From: a virus
Reading direction: 5' to 3' (one strand)
Length of the DNA: 64,000 nt
Virus record (IMG/VR): IMGVR_UViG_3300047508_000265
Coordinates: 1-64,000 of that record
Under the pieces are notes generated by a model that saw only the letters and a program-made list of their open reading frames with translations, searched no databases and was not told where the DNA came from. Within the stretch, counting starts at the first letter, position 1; the number at the start of each line of letters is the position of its first letter. Position numbers and translations under genes: made by a program. Below are positions 63,872-64,000 of this stretch, piece by piece.

Positions 63872-64000
63872 TTACAAGTTTCTGGTGTACAAGGTATCAT
63901 AATACTTTTAAGACCGCAAACAATAAGACAACGCCCGCAAATTAAGTTTTTCCCATCCATCATTGGTTGTGGGTGTTCACAGTCATAAGGGCAGTGAGCA

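Overview
This 64 kb window is most of a dsDNA tailed-phage genome, probably podovirus-like: I found no tape measure, tail tube or sheath, but there are large internal/ejection proteins. A leftward morphogenesis arm (~0.7-37.1 kb) holds TerL, portal, scaffold, major capsid protein, exported proteins and lipoproteins, collagen-like fibres, DUF2341-LamG proteins, an adaptor and a 2019-aa internal protein. A rightward replication/metabolism arm (37.4-62.8 kb) holds RuvC, an SF2 helicase, a PD-(D/E)xK exonuclease, SSB, dNMP kinase, family A polymerase, HD hydrolase, primase-SF3 helicase, MazG and class II RNR. Features the ORF track misses: a 220-nt ORF-less group I intron that splits the capsid gene, a tRNA-Pro(TGG) nested in a coupled ORF, a probable non-AUG portal start, a 130-nt structured element upstream of an HNH/polA pair, an iteron-like putative origin, and a repeated promoter motif. 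Nine free-standing HNH endonucleases from three catalytic families swap N-terminal modules. The best candidate for a new system is phage-encoded virion O-glycosylation. Seven soluble sugar-active genes (including a plant RGP/UAM-like GT75 UDP-arabinopyranose mutase, DUF707, GT2-TPR and a fucosyltransferase-like GT) co-occur with Thr-rich G-A-T/G-P-T motifs in fibres and also in the scaffold, capsid and other virion proteins. All family calls come from motif recognition by eye; no searches were run.
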